Below, in pieces: positions 1 through 9,128 of a stretch of DNA of 45,026 nt; within the stretch, counting starts at the first letter, position 1, and each line of letters starts with the position of its first letter. Below the pieces are notes generated by a model. It saw only the letters and a program-made list of their open reading frames with translations. It did not search any database and was not told the DNA's origin. Location: the NCBI GenBank assembly GCA_958405585.1, contig CATYEP010000001.1, positions 1-45,026 of the forward strand, read 5' to 3'. Both the position numbers and the translations under genes were made by a program. Origin of the DNA: an uncultured Eubacteriales bacterium. Its GTDB lineage: Bacteria; Bacillota; Clostridia; Christensenellales; Borkfalkiaceae.

Positions 1-273
1 ACACCTGCAGCTACGGTTTAAATTTCAGCGCACTCTCGGATTGATCCGCTCAACCCCTTCAATCTCCAAGGCACCGCCCTGCACATTTCTGACTATCCCC
101 ATGCTACCGTCCGACACATACCAGCCCCACTACAGCACTGCCTTGCACGACAACAACTTTCTCCATGTCCCCAATACCACCGTTTCTTTTTACCCTTCCG
201 TTCGCCGCACACGTTTCGTTGTTTCAAGGCAATGCCAATATTTTTATTGAAACATCGTTTATTCATTTTTTGG

Positions 274-302
274 TTGACTTCTAATTTTTGTTTTGCTATA
301 AT
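274..302 (+). promoter_or_regulatory. sigma-A-type promoter for marR-MATE operon
   Basis: TTGACT-17 nt-TATAAT with extended -10 TG, 45 nt before the ATG at 348. Confidence 0.8.
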
Positions 303-347
303 TAATCCGATTTCATACTATTTTTTTGTTAAATTTGAGGGAACGAG

Positions 348-848
348 ATGGACGAAGAAAAAGGGAAAACTGCCGAAACCCGTACGGATACGGAAGCACT
401 CAAAGAAGTATTGCATTACGATGAACTTTGGTGTGAGATCATAGCGCAGTACGGAGAATGGGCAAAAAAGCAAGGAATTTCCTATCATGAACTGGTAACG
501 GCGTATTCGATCTGGCTGGCGCCCTGCACGCAACGCGATATTGTCATACGGTGGGCGATCCCCAAACAGACCGTACACAGTATTTTGCGTGAATTTCAAA
601 AGCATGATTATATTTTTCTGGAACGCTCAAAGACAGACAAGCGGAACAAACATATTTTTTTCAACGCAAGGGGCAAAGAAAAATTCGGGCCTGTCATGAA
701 CCGACTGATCGATCTGGAACTGCGTGTCTGGAAAAGGCTGAAAAAGGAAGAAACCTGGGCGCTTTTATCCTTTACGGAAAAGTACAGCACGTGTTTTCGG
801 GAAGAAGCACGCAAAGAGGAGACGGAATCAAATGCAGAACAAGCGTGA
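348..848 (+). CDS. MarR-family transcriptional regulator
   Basis: 166 aa; winged-HTH pattern CTQRDIV...PKQTVHSILREF...DKRNKHI; overlaps the start of the MATE gene. Confidence 0.85.
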   Translation: MDEEKGKTAETRTDTEALKEVLHYDELWCEIIAQYGEWAKKQGISYHELVTAYSIWLAPCTQRDIVIRWAIPKQTVHSILREFQKHDYIFLERSKTDKRNKHIFFNARGKEKFGPVMNRLIDLELRVWKRLKKEETWALLSFTEKYSTCFREEARKEETESNAEQA

Positions 849-2142
849 ATTTTTCCGTTACGTGATCCCCTCCATGCTGGCATTTGCACTTTCCGGGGTA
901 TATGCGATCGCAGACGGATTTTTTGTCGGAAATGCCCTGGGCGATAATGCTCTGGCAGCCATCAACATTGCCTATCCGCTGACTGCATTGCAGCAAGCGA
1001 TCGGAACAGGTCTCGGCATGGGCGGTGCCATTTTGTACTCCATCAGCGAAGGCGCGGGCGATCATGTAAAAAAATACCGCTATTTCGGTATAGCAGGCAT
1101 TTTAATGCTTCTGTTTGCAGCTTTTATTACGGTTATCTTTTTATGGAGCGGGCCGTACATTCTGATCCTGTTCGGTGCGGAAGGCGAAGTACTGAGCATG
1201 AGCAAAGAGTATATACGGTTTATCGCGTACGGATCTCTTTTCCAGGTTCTTGGAACCGGACTTGTCCCCTTTATACGAAACATGGGGGGATCCGTAACCT
1301 CGATGCTCGCCATGGTCGCCGGTTTTGCCACCAACATTGCTCTGGACTGGACATTTGTCTGGACCATCGATCTAGGCATGGCGGGTGCCGCATTGGCAAC
1401 CGTGCTCGGCCAGGCAATCACGTTGATCGTCTGTATCTTATTTCTTCTGATCAAAAAGCAGGCTCCCGATTTCAAAGCGGGAAATGAAACCTGGCCGATG
1501 ACGGGAAAGATTTTGAAAATCGGGATCTCAGCCTTTGGTTTAACATTTTCACCCAATCTTGTACTGATCCTGGTCAATAAGAGCGCCGCTACGATCGCTT
1601 CCGACTTCGCGGTCACATGCTTTGCCGCCGTCAGCTACGTAACATGCGTCGTTCTCCTGCTTTTACAAGGCGTCAGCGACGGAGCGCAGCCCTTGATCAG
1701 TAAACTTTACGGAGAAAACAAAGAACAGGAAGCAAAAAAGATACGCACCTATGCCTATATTTTTTCTGCGGCTACGGCATTTGTTTTGTGCGCCATTATC
1801 TGGATCTTCCGCGAAAAAATCCCGCTGATCTTCGGAGCCAGCGAAGCCGTCGCGCAGGAAGTATCCGAAATTATGCCGATTTTCCTGGTCGGACTTCTGT
1901 TTGCAGGCTTTTCGCGAATTACCACCGCTTATTTTTACGCAACCGAGCAAGTGCGGTTTGCTTACCTCTTGATCTATGGCGAACCGATCATTCTGCTTCT
2001 ATCTCTGCTGATCCTCCCGCAATTTGTCGGGATCATCGGGACCTGGATCTCCGTTTCCCTATCACAGGTGCTTATCTGCGGTCTGAGCGCATTGCTTCTC
2101 GTTCTGACCCGAAAAAAGTCCTTTTCAAATGATGCCCGATAA
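832..2142 (+). CDS. MATE-family efflux transporter
   Basis: 436 aa, about 12 hydrophobic helices; MATE motifs YAIADGFFVG, ALAAINIAYP, NIALD...GMAGAALAT. Confidence 0.93.
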   Translation: MQNKREFFRYVIPSMLAFALSGVYAIADGFFVGNALGDNALAAINIAYPLTALQQAIGTGLGMGGAILYSISEGAGDHVKKYRYFGIAGILMLLFAAFITVIFLWSGPYILILFGAEGEVLSMSKEYIRFIAYGSLFQVLGTGLVPFIRNMGGSVTSMLAMVAGFATNIALDWTFVWTIDLGMAGAALATVLGQAITLIVCILFLLIKKQAPDFKAGNETWPMTGKILKIGISAFGLTFSPNLVLILVNKSAATIASDFAVTCFAAVSYVTCVVLLLLQGVSDGAQPLISKLYGENKEQEAKKIRTYAYIFSAATAFVLCAIIWIFREKIPLIFGASEAVAQEVSEIMPIFLVGLLFAGFSRITTAYFYATEQVRFAYLLIYGEPIILLLSLLILPQFVGIIGTWISVSLSQVLICGLSALLLVLTRKKSFSNDAR

Positions 2143-2211
2143 AAAGCAAGACTGGAAACGAACTTAAATCTTTCTATCGTAGCAGATGCCTCTTTGACGA
2201 AAATTAAATAC

Positions 2212-2240
2212 CGTGCGGGCGCAAAAATTGCGCCCGCACG
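2212..2240. terminator. GC-rich hairpin downstream of MATE gene
   Basis: cgtgcgggcgca-aaaat-tgcgcccgcacg. Confidence 0.6.
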
Positions 2241-2308
2241 ATTGATTTAAAAATATCTCTTCCGAATATTCGACATAAAAAAACACGAATCGGCTTATCG
2301 TCGGAAAC

Positions 2309-2347
2309 GGAGCCGTCGGCGCAAGCAACGTTTGCGCCGACGGCTCC
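2309..2347. terminator. GC-rich hairpin just past the ATPase stop codon
   Basis: ggagccgtcggcgcaa-N7-ttgcgccgacggctcc. Confidence 0.6.
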
Positions 2348-2355
2348 CCCTACTC

Positions 2356-3270
2356 TTATTTTTTCAAAAACAAATGTCTGTTTTCCTCAAAAAATTGGAA
2401 GTACGTACACGTATTTTCCAATTCCCACCATTTTTTCGGCATGACAGGATCGCTGTCCAGATCGTAAATTTTCGCCCCGCGCATGGACAGCAAAAAAGGC
2501 GAATGTGTAGCCAGAATCAACTGACAGCCATACAGCCGTACCTTATCTTCCAGTAATTTTTTCATCTCCAGCTGCAATTTGGGTGAAAGACTGTTTTCAG
2601 GCTCGTCCAGACAATACAAAGCATTTTCGCGCAGAGATATTTCAAAAAATCGCAGCGCCGTTTCCCCGTTGCTGCGCAAACGAACCTGTTTTCCGATGAC
2701 TCTGTGTAGAAATTTCCGTCGCGATAAGTTTTTCTGGCGCGCAAGAAGCTGCATCCTCGCCGCTTCATAATCCTGCATTCCCGAAAAGCGCACCGTTTCT
2801 CCGAATTTTAGCGCCGCGTATTCTTCTTTTCCTCTTTCCGTATCTTCCGAAATCTCTTCGTTGCGCGTGCGTGCGGCGAGCATATATTCAAAAACATCGT
2901 CGCTCGTGATCACGCGGCTTCCGTGCGGCAACGCAGAAAAAAGTTCCCCTTCATCGTCAAATCCAAGCCGAAATCCGCATTCCTTTATATACAGCGGAAA
3001 CATCTCTCCGCCGTTAAACGGAGCATTCCGCGACAAACGGAATTTTTCAGAAATCACGTTCAAAAGCGTGCTTTTTCCACTCCCGTTTCCTCCGTAAAAA
3101 ATCGTGATCGGCTCAAAATCAAGCTCCTGAAGTCCCCTTTGCGGAAACAGCATGCACGGATATCCGTTTTCCAGATACCCCAGCGCTCCGCCGTTCTCCG
3201 CACGGCGTACCTGCGCCATCGTGTATTCCTGTTCCTCATCCGGCAAAACAAACTTTTCAAGATACACCAT
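2356..3270 (-). CDS. stand-alone ABC/AAA-type ATPase (COG3910-like)
   Basis: Walker A GGNGSGKST, signature-like SNGET, Walker B LYCLDEPE, H-loop ATHSP; no transmembrane segment. Confidence 0.85.
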   Translation of the reverse strand: MVYLEKFVLPDEEQEYTMAQVRRAENGGALGYLENGYPCMLFPQRGLQELDFEPITIFYGGNGSGKSTLLNVISEKFRLSRNAPFNGGEMFPLYIKECGFRLGFDDEGELFSALPHGSRVITSDDVFEYMLAARTRNEEISEDTERGKEEYAALKFGETVRFSGMQDYEAARMQLLARQKNLSRRKFLHRVIGKQVRLRSNGETALRFFEISLRENALYCLDEPENSLSPKLQLEMKKLLEDKVRLYGCQLILATHSPFLLSMRGAKIYDLDSDPVMPKKWWELENTCTYFQFFEENRHLFLKK

Positions 3271-3678
3271 TTTTCTTTTCCCTCTCCGCTAAATTCAGAA
3301 TACTTCTTTTATGTCCGAAAAACACGCTCCCCTTACCCGCTCGCAATTCATTCTTGCACCGTTCCCCGCGCTATCCCTCTTTTTACACATCTTATTTAGC
3401 CGAAAGTTTTGCTCAAAGAGATCGCCAGAGGTCAAAATTTTCCGATACCGAATATACCGAAAATACGAACGCCGATCAGAACAGCCTTCCCGCAAAACCG
3501 CGACCCGTGTACGTGAACAACGTACGATCCGTCTTTTCTCATTCTCTGAAAAAGTATAACACGCAAAGGCTGAAAAAGCAACCCCCGCCGCTCTGTATTT
3601 GATAAATTCGACTCTGCAAAATTTGCCCCTTCTTTATGAATATATAAAAAGAACTGTACTTTTAATCCATTATAACAG

Positions 3679-3708
3679 AAAAAACAGGCATATTTATGCC
3701 TGTTTTTT
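3679..3708. terminator. intrinsic terminator with A/T tracts on both sides
   Basis: aaaaaacaggcata-tt-tatgcctgtttttt. Confidence 0.7.
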
Positions 3709-3733
3709 AATATCTTAAAAATTTTTTATTCTC

Positions 3734-4140
3734 TTACACAGTTTGCCCCAGCGCGAGAAAAAATACGATCATAATAATAAACCCGATCACCAAGCCGATT
3801 ATACTCAAAACCAAACCTGCCACGGCAAACCCGTTTAAACGGTAACGCTCTTTTCGGCTTAATCCCACGCCTGACAGAATAACGCCGATCAGCCCCAAAA
3901 TAAAGTCAAATACTGGTATCCAGCATAATACGTAAGACAGGATACCGATAATCATACCTGCCAGCCCACCCCGTTCATCGGTTTTTGCGGCGTCTGCGCT
4001 GCCATATACTGCGGTACCTGTATAGGTGAACAGACTTGTGCATTTCCCGTTACTTGCGCGGTTTCCATAACCGCTCCGCAAGAAGGGCAAAAAGTACAAT
4101 CGTCCGATACTATCATGCCGCATTTACCACACTTTTTCAT
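3734..4140 (-). pseudogene. zinc-ribbon + DUF4190-like membrane protein split by a 1-nt frameshift (pseudogene or sequencing error)
   Basis: MKKCGKCG...FCPSCG...KPMNGVG in one frame (stop at 3952); GLAGMIIGILS...GLVLSIIG hydrophobic segment continues in another frame; junction in a G-rich run near 3965. Confidence 0.75.
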
Positions 4141-4167
4141 GTTATGACCTACGTTTTGACTATTTTT

Positions 4168-4196
4168 AGTATACTATAGTATTTTTAAAATGTCAA
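4168..4196 (-). promoter_or_regulatory. sigma-A-type promoter for the zinc-ribbon gene
   Basis: minus strand TTGACA-17-TATACT. Confidence 0.7.
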
Positions 4197-4251
4197 TAAC
4201 TTTTATATAATAGTATTGTAATTATAGTCAATTCACAGGTAAATCGAATCT

Positions 4252-4533
4252 ATGTTGAATGAAAAAATAAAGAAATTGCGTATTTCCTATAATATGAGCC
4301 AAGTTGATCTTGCAAAGCGTTTAGGGGTGAGCAAGCAGTGCGTGTCCAACTGGGAAAACGACAACGTTCAGCCTTCTATTGAAATGCTGATCAAAATAGC
4401 CAGATTTTTCAACGTTTCCACGGATTATCTTTTGGACCTGGATGAAAAAGATCTCATTAACGTCCGCGGACTGAGTGAAACGGAAATTGCCCATATCAAA
4501 CTTCTGATTCAGGATCTGATCGATAAAAACTGA
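4252..4533 (+). CDS. XRE-family HTH transcriptional regulator
   Basis: MSQVDLAKRLGVSKQCVSNWEND...PSIEMLIKIARFFNVSTDYLL. Confidence 0.93.
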   Translation: MLNEKIKKLRISYNMSQVDLAKRLGVSKQCVSNWENDNVQPSIEMLIKIARFFNVSTDYLLDLDEKDLINVRGLSETEIAHIKLLIQDLIDKN

Positions 4534-4558
4534 TCGTTTGCTAATACACGACACAGGT

Positions 4559-4663
4559 TGCTATCGATTACCACTTTGATTTTGATAGAATACGGCACTC
4601 ACTGCCATCGATCATCGCTTCGATTTTGATAGAATACGGATCTCGCTGCCATCGATCATCGCT
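4559..4663. repeat. 44-bp tandem repeat, about 2.4 copies
   Basis: gattttgatagaatacgg-N6-ctgccatcgatcatcgct at 4578 and 4622, plus a degenerate partial copy from 4559. Confidence 0.85.
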
Positions 4664-4752
4664 CGGAAAGTGATTTGATTTTTACCTCCCTGCATACCCG
4701 CAGATTTGCATAAATTTTTTTATTTTGCTGTATTTGCAACATCGTAAATCAT

Positions 4753-4787
4753 ACAAAGCGCGCGCAAAAAATTTGCGCGCGCTTTGT
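4753..4787. repeat. long palindrome/hairpin
   Basis: acaaagcgcgcgcaaa-aaa-tttgcgcgcgctttgt. Confidence 0.75.
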
Positions 4788-4884
4788 GTTTTACAAAATG
4801 GAAACAAGTTTTATACCAAAAATACCGCGGCGAAATACACGTTATACACGTTTGCAGCCGCAGTTTTTTTGATATTCCCGACAA

Positions 4885-4926
4885 AAAAAGCATTCCGCGG
4901 CAATTTATTGCCGCGGAATGCTTTTT
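4885..4926 (-). terminator. intrinsic terminator after the LRR gene
   Basis: aaaaagcattccgcggcaat-tt-attgccgcggaatgcttttt, at the stop codon. Confidence 0.75.
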
Positions 4927-5608
4927 AATTTTCAAAGAAAATAAATTCGATACGAAATTTTGCAAAACGTCCAAACAATTTTGCTATGGCAGATTCCATA
5001 CTGCGCGGCAAGATCACGCGAGTGATATGCGGACAACGGGCAAAGACCTTGCGCCCGATTTTCGGAACAAACGAACAAATGGTGATCTCCGACAAAGCGG
5101 AGCAACCTGCAAACGCTTTCGAACCCAGTTCCGTAACGCTCTCCATGCGCACGCGCATGAGCTGCGCACAGCGAGAAAACGCTTTCTTGCCGATCCTTTT
5201 GACGCCTGGAGCGAATGATATGCGGCCGACCATATTGTTTTTATAGGCAGCCTTGCACCGTATTGATACAATATCATCGGGTACGCGCACCGCTTCTCCC
5301 GAAGATGCGCCGCGGTAACTGACTAACTCTCCGTTTTCCGTTCTTGCCGAAGAAAGCAGGCGCCGTTCTTCATCCCTGCCGTCCGAACCGAAAGCATCGG
5401 CAACAGAACGCTGACTGTTCAAACCGAAATTTGCCGCCACAACGCCTGCGCGTTCCTGTACGCGCGCAAGTATGCCGCGTACACCGCCCGACTCTTTTTC
5501 TTCCAATATGTATGTTCTGCCGCAATAGGGGCATACGCCGCGCCCGCCGCCTTCCGCAATGCGAAGATCACTGCCGCAGGAATCACACGTATAGTGTTTC
5601 TTTTCCAT
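4925..5608 (-). CDS. N-terminal zinc-ribbon + BspA-type leucine-rich repeat (LRR_5) protein
   Basis: CDSC...CPYC at the N-terminus; repeats VKRIGKKAFSRCAQL, VTELGSKAFAGCSAL, VPKIGRKVFARCPHI; no signal peptide. Confidence 0.8.
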   Translation of the reverse strand: MEKKHYTCDSCGSDLRIAEGGGRGVCPYCGRTYILEEKESGGVRGILARVQERAGVVAANFGLNSQRSVADAFGSDGRDEERRLLSSARTENGELVSYRGASSGEAVRVPDDIVSIRCKAAYKNNMVGRISFAPGVKRIGKKAFSRCAQLMRVRMESVTELGSKAFAGCSALSEITICSFVPKIGRKVFARCPHITRVILPRSMESAIAKLFGRFAKFRIEFIFFEN

Positions 5609-5627
5609 ATTCTTTCACCGAACCCGC

Positions 5628-6278
5628 TCAGCCGTCCAACGTAGCTTTCATCTTTGCGATCGCATCCGCCCTGCCGTCACAACCTAATTTCATATAAATT
5701 GAGCTGATATAATTGCGGGAAGTGCCGTCCGATAAATTCAACGCCGAAGCGATCTGACGATTGTTGAATCCTTCATAAATCATCAGAGCGATCTCCACTT
5801 CCCGATCGGAAAAGCCGAAAGCCCTGCGCAGCTTGATCTCACGATCGCTCGTGACCATCTTTGCCGCATCGGTGATCTTGCGCGCGATCTTTGCGGGAAG
5901 GATCGTATCTCCTTCATACGCGTTGCGGATCGCTTCGATCAGCGCAGTGGCACCGATGTCTTTGAGCAAATACCCGCATGCCCCGTTGTTCAGCGCGCTG
6001 AGAATATAATCACTGTCATCAAAAGTCGTAAGCACAAGGACTTTCACGTCGGGATACCGCTTTTTGATCTCACCCGTCGCGACGACACCATTCATGCCCG
6101 GCATACGAATATCCAACAGTACGACATCGGGAACATTGCCCGCCGCCATCATATCCAGCGCTTCCTGCCCGTCGTGCGCCATTCCGACCACATCCAGTTC
6201 GTCCGAAGTCGCCAGAACGCTCCGTATTCCTTCCGACAAGATCACCTGATCATCCACGATCATTACTTTTATCTTCAT
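5628..6278 (-). CDS. NarL/LuxR-family response regulator
   Basis: receiver IVDD...VVLLDIRMPGMNG...GYLLK; LuxR HTH FSDREVEI...NRQIASALNLSDGT. Confidence 0.95.
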   Translation of the reverse strand: MKIKVMIVDDQVILSEGIRSVLATSDELDVVGMAHDGQEALDMMAAGNVPDVVLLDIRMPGMNGVVATGEIKKRYPDVKVLVLTTFDDSDYILSALNNGACGYLLKDIGATALIEAIRNAYEGDTILPAKIARKITDAAKMVTSDREIKLRRAFGFSDREVEIALMIYEGFNNRQIASALNLSDGTSRNYISSIYMKLGCDGRADAIAKMKATLDG

Positions 6279-7617
6279 GTTTTCCCTCCTGTCGTTTCAC
6301 ACCCGACGGTAAGCTCAGAAGAATTTCAAAACCTTCGTCTTTTTCGCTCGAAAAATGAATCATCCCGCCCAAAGATTCCGCCTTGGCACGCATGCCCGAA
6401 AGTCCGAAACCTTCTTTGAAAGTTTTCATGTCCGCGCCCGTACCGTTATCCGATAAGAGAAACTCCACATAACTCCCCTTATCTTTGAGTTCAAACAAAA
6501 ATGCCGTACTATTGCCGTGACGTATCCCGTTCGCGATCCCTTCGCGGAGCGTGTTTGCAAGAAACCTTTCCGCTTCGTCGTTCAGTTCTATATCGTCGAT
6601 CTTGCTTCGGATGGTCAGCCCCGTTCCGTCCACCGTCTCTTCCAGTATCCCTTCCAGATATTCTTTGAGTGTCGTATTTTCATGCCGACCCGATAAAAGA
6701 TGTACCGACATCCGCATCTGTTCCAGACAAGTCTTTGCCTGCAGATTTGCCGCCGAAATACGCCTTTTCGCCTCTTCCGGATCTTTATCCACCAGCAATT
6801 TTGCCGCTTCCGTCTGCATGATCACCGTCGTCAGGGAATGTCCCGCCGTATCATGGATCTCTTTGGAAATACGGTTCCGCTCTTCGATCAGCGTCGCTTC
6901 TTCCAGCTTGTCATACGCGCGCAACAGTTCGTTTCGGCTTTCCTCCAATTCGCGCATATTTTCTTCGATCTGTCTGTTTTTACGCCATACGGTCATTGCA
7001 AATCCGAACATAATGAAATGCAACGTCAGCACGATCAGCGCCACAAAATACCGCGACGTGATATCAAAAGCGGTCGCAAATTCATGGTTGATCCCTGCAC
7101 CTACGCCGTAAATGACCGTGTAGACGACAAGATTGCAGGCAAACATGATACCCGAATCGCGCAATGAAGGTGCCGAAAGATAAAATTCGGTAAAAACGCT
7201 CAGATAGCAAAGGTAACTGAGATAACTGTAGGAATTGCTGCTGACGATCGATTCGTCGTTCCAGCCTGAAAACACTGTAAACAGTGCCAAAAAAACGCTG
7301 TCGATCACGTACCAGACGATCTTCTGACGGAACGAACGCATCACAAAGATCTTGATGCACATGGAAAGCAACAGCACCAGCGCCGTCGGTACAGTCAACA
7401 ATGCGGGCGTAAATCCTTGACTCACCAAGGGCACGACCACCGCAACACAGGATACCAAAAGGATCCCCAGTGCGATCAGACGCAGCCAGTTCATAAAACC
7501 GACCGCTGTCATGATTTTTGAAAAGCGGTCGCTCTTATTCGACTTTTCACCCGGCGTCGGGGTAACATCGGCCTGCGTTCCGTCAGCGCCGTGCCGATCT
7601 TCGGAAGGGCGCGTCAT
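6250..7617 (-). CDS. membrane sensor histidine kinase (HisKA_3 type)
   Basis: multi-TM N-terminus; EERNRISKEIHDTAGHSLT H-box; EGIANGIRHG, DNGTG, GFGLSGM ATPase boxes; start overlaps the gltX stop. Confidence 0.93.
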   Translation of the reverse strand: MTRPSEDRHGADGTQADVTPTPGEKSNKSDRFSKIMTAVGFMNWLRLIALGILLVSCVAVVVPLVSQGFTPALLTVPTALVLLLSMCIKIFVMRSFRQKIVWYVIDSVFLALFTVFSGWNDESIVSSNSYSYLSYLCYLSVFTEFYLSAPSLRDSGIMFACNLVVYTVIYGVGAGINHEFATAFDITSRYFVALIVLTLHFIMFGFAMTVWRKNRQIEENMRELEESRNELLRAYDKLEEATLIEERNRISKEIHDTAGHSLTTVIMQTEAAKLLVDKDPEEAKRRISAANLQAKTCLEQMRMSVHLLSGRHENTTLKEYLEGILEETVDGTGLTIRSKIDDIELNDEAERFLANTLREGIANGIRHGNSTAFLFELKDKGSYVEFLLSDNGTGADMKTFKEGFGLSGMRAKAESLGGMIHFSSEKDEGFEILLSLPSGVKRQEGKHEDKSNDRG

Positions 7618-9053
7618 TCGTTAAGAAACGCCTGCGCCTTTTCCAGACGTTCCAGACAGCGTTCCTTGCCCAAAAGCTCCGCCATCTCGCTCGCCCCGCC
7701 GGGCGTATTTTCCTTACCCGTCAGCGCAACGCGCACGCACCAAAGCACTTGTCCGTTTTTCATTCCGAGGCTCTGCGCCAATTCCACCAACGCCGCATAC
7801 AGCGCCGAATTTTCATAGTTCTGCGTCTGCGCCAGCACTTTCTCCGCCGCAGGCAAAACCGTCTTTGCCAATTCCGCATCCGATTTCATCTTTTTATTGA
7901 AATACAGTGCCGCATCAAATTTCTCATACTCTTCCAAAAAATCGATCTTGGAAGGAATATCTTCCAAAACTTCCACGCGCGGCTTAAGAATTTTCAAAAG
8001 TTTTTCGTCCGAATATTTGCCGTATGCCTTGCTCTTTTTCAGGAAAGGCATCGCCAGCGCCGCAAACTTTTCATCGCTCATCTCGCGGATATATTCTCCC
8101 GAAAGCCAGCGCAGTTTCGGTTCGTCAAAGATCGCGGGACTCTTGTTCAGTCCGGAAAGAGAGAAGTTCTCTTCCAGTTCCTGCAGGCTCATTTTCTCCT
8201 GATTGCTCTTCGGGCTCCAGCCCAAAAGCGCTATATAATTGATGATCGCTTCCTTGATGTATCCCTTATTGACAAGATCCTGATAACTTGCGTCGCCGTT
8301 GCGCTTGGAAAGTTTTTCGTGCGCATTTTTCATGATAGGCGGCAAATGAATGTATACCGGGCGCTCCCAGCCGAATGCGTCATACATCAGATTGTATTTC
8401 GGCGTGCTCGAAAGGTATTCGCTGCCACGGATCACGTGCGTGATCCCCATCAGATGATCGTCGATCACGTTCGCAAAGTTGTACGTGGGCATTCCGTCGC
8501 TCTTCAATAAGATGCCGTCTTCGATCTCTTTGAAGTCCACCGTTACCGTGCCGTATACCATATCTTCATAGGTGCCGCTCCCCTCTTCCGGAACGTTCTG
8601 ACGGATCACGTACGGTACGCCCGCCGCCAGTTTTTCTTCCACTTCCTCTTTGGACAGATGCAGGCAATGCTTGTCATACCTTCCCACACCATTTTCGTCT
8701 TTCAGGCTTTCCAGGCGCTCTTTGTCACAAAAACAATAATACGCCCCGCCCAATTCCACTAATTTTTTCGCGTATTCTTTGTAAATCTCCGCACGCTCGC
8801 TCTGAATATAAGGGCCGTAATCGCCCCCGATATCCGGGCCTTCGTCATAGCGGATCCCCGCATCTTTAAGGGTATCGTATATGATCTGTACGGCATCTTC
8901 CACATAACGTTTGCTGTCCGTATCTTCCAGCCGCAGAATAAATTTCCCGCCCTGTTTCTTCGCGTACAGGTATCCGTACAATGCCGTGCGCAAATTTCCG
9001 ATGTGCATGTACCCCGTAGGGCTCGGCGCAAATCTTGTTCTCACTTCTTTCAT
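7614..9053 (-). CDS. gltX: glutamate--tRNA ligase
   Basis: VRTRFAPSPTGYMHIGN (HIGH motif), KLSKR (KMSKS motif), 479 aa. Confidence 0.97.
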   Translation of the reverse strand: MKEVRTRFAPSPTGYMHIGNLRTALYGYLYAKKQGGKFILRLEDTDSKRYVEDAVQIIYDTLKDAGIRYDEGPDIGGDYGPYIQSERAEIYKEYAKKLVELGGAYYCFCDKERLESLKDENGVGRYDKHCLHLSKEEVEEKLAAGVPYVIRQNVPEEGSGTYEDMVYGTVTVDFKEIEDGILLKSDGMPTYNFANVIDDHLMGITHVIRGSEYLSSTPKYNLMYDAFGWERPVYIHLPPIMKNAHEKLSKRNGDASYQDLVNKGYIKEAIINYIALLGWSPKSNQEKMSLQELEENFSLSGLNKSPAIFDEPKLRWLSGEYIREMSDEKFAALAMPFLKKSKAYGKYSDEKLLKILKPRVEVLEDIPSKIDFLEEYEKFDAALYFNKKMKSDAELAKTVLPAAEKVLAQTQNYENSALYAALVELAQSLGMKNGQVLWCVRVALTGKENTPGGASEMAELLGKERCLERLEKAQAFLNE

Positions 9054-9128
9054 CGTCGTTAACTCCTGAATGTCTGTTTTTGCCTGCTGTTTGCAGACTC
9101 TGTATCTCTTGTCACTCTGTTCGCCGCA

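Noticed and set aside
1..250. C-rich stretch and 69-aa ORF at the window start
   Set aside because: No RBS, motif or repeat unit; consistent with strand-skewed intergenic DNA, and the left context is missing.
2269..2275. Spo0A box (TGTCGAA on minus strand)
   Set aside because: A single 7-mer between two convergent gene ends, not near a promoter; expected by chance.
4252..4533. Prophage or ICE marked by the XRE repressor (also considered for radC)
   Set aside because: No integrase, transposase, relaxase or phage structural genes; radC is the full-length chromosomal type next to gltX.
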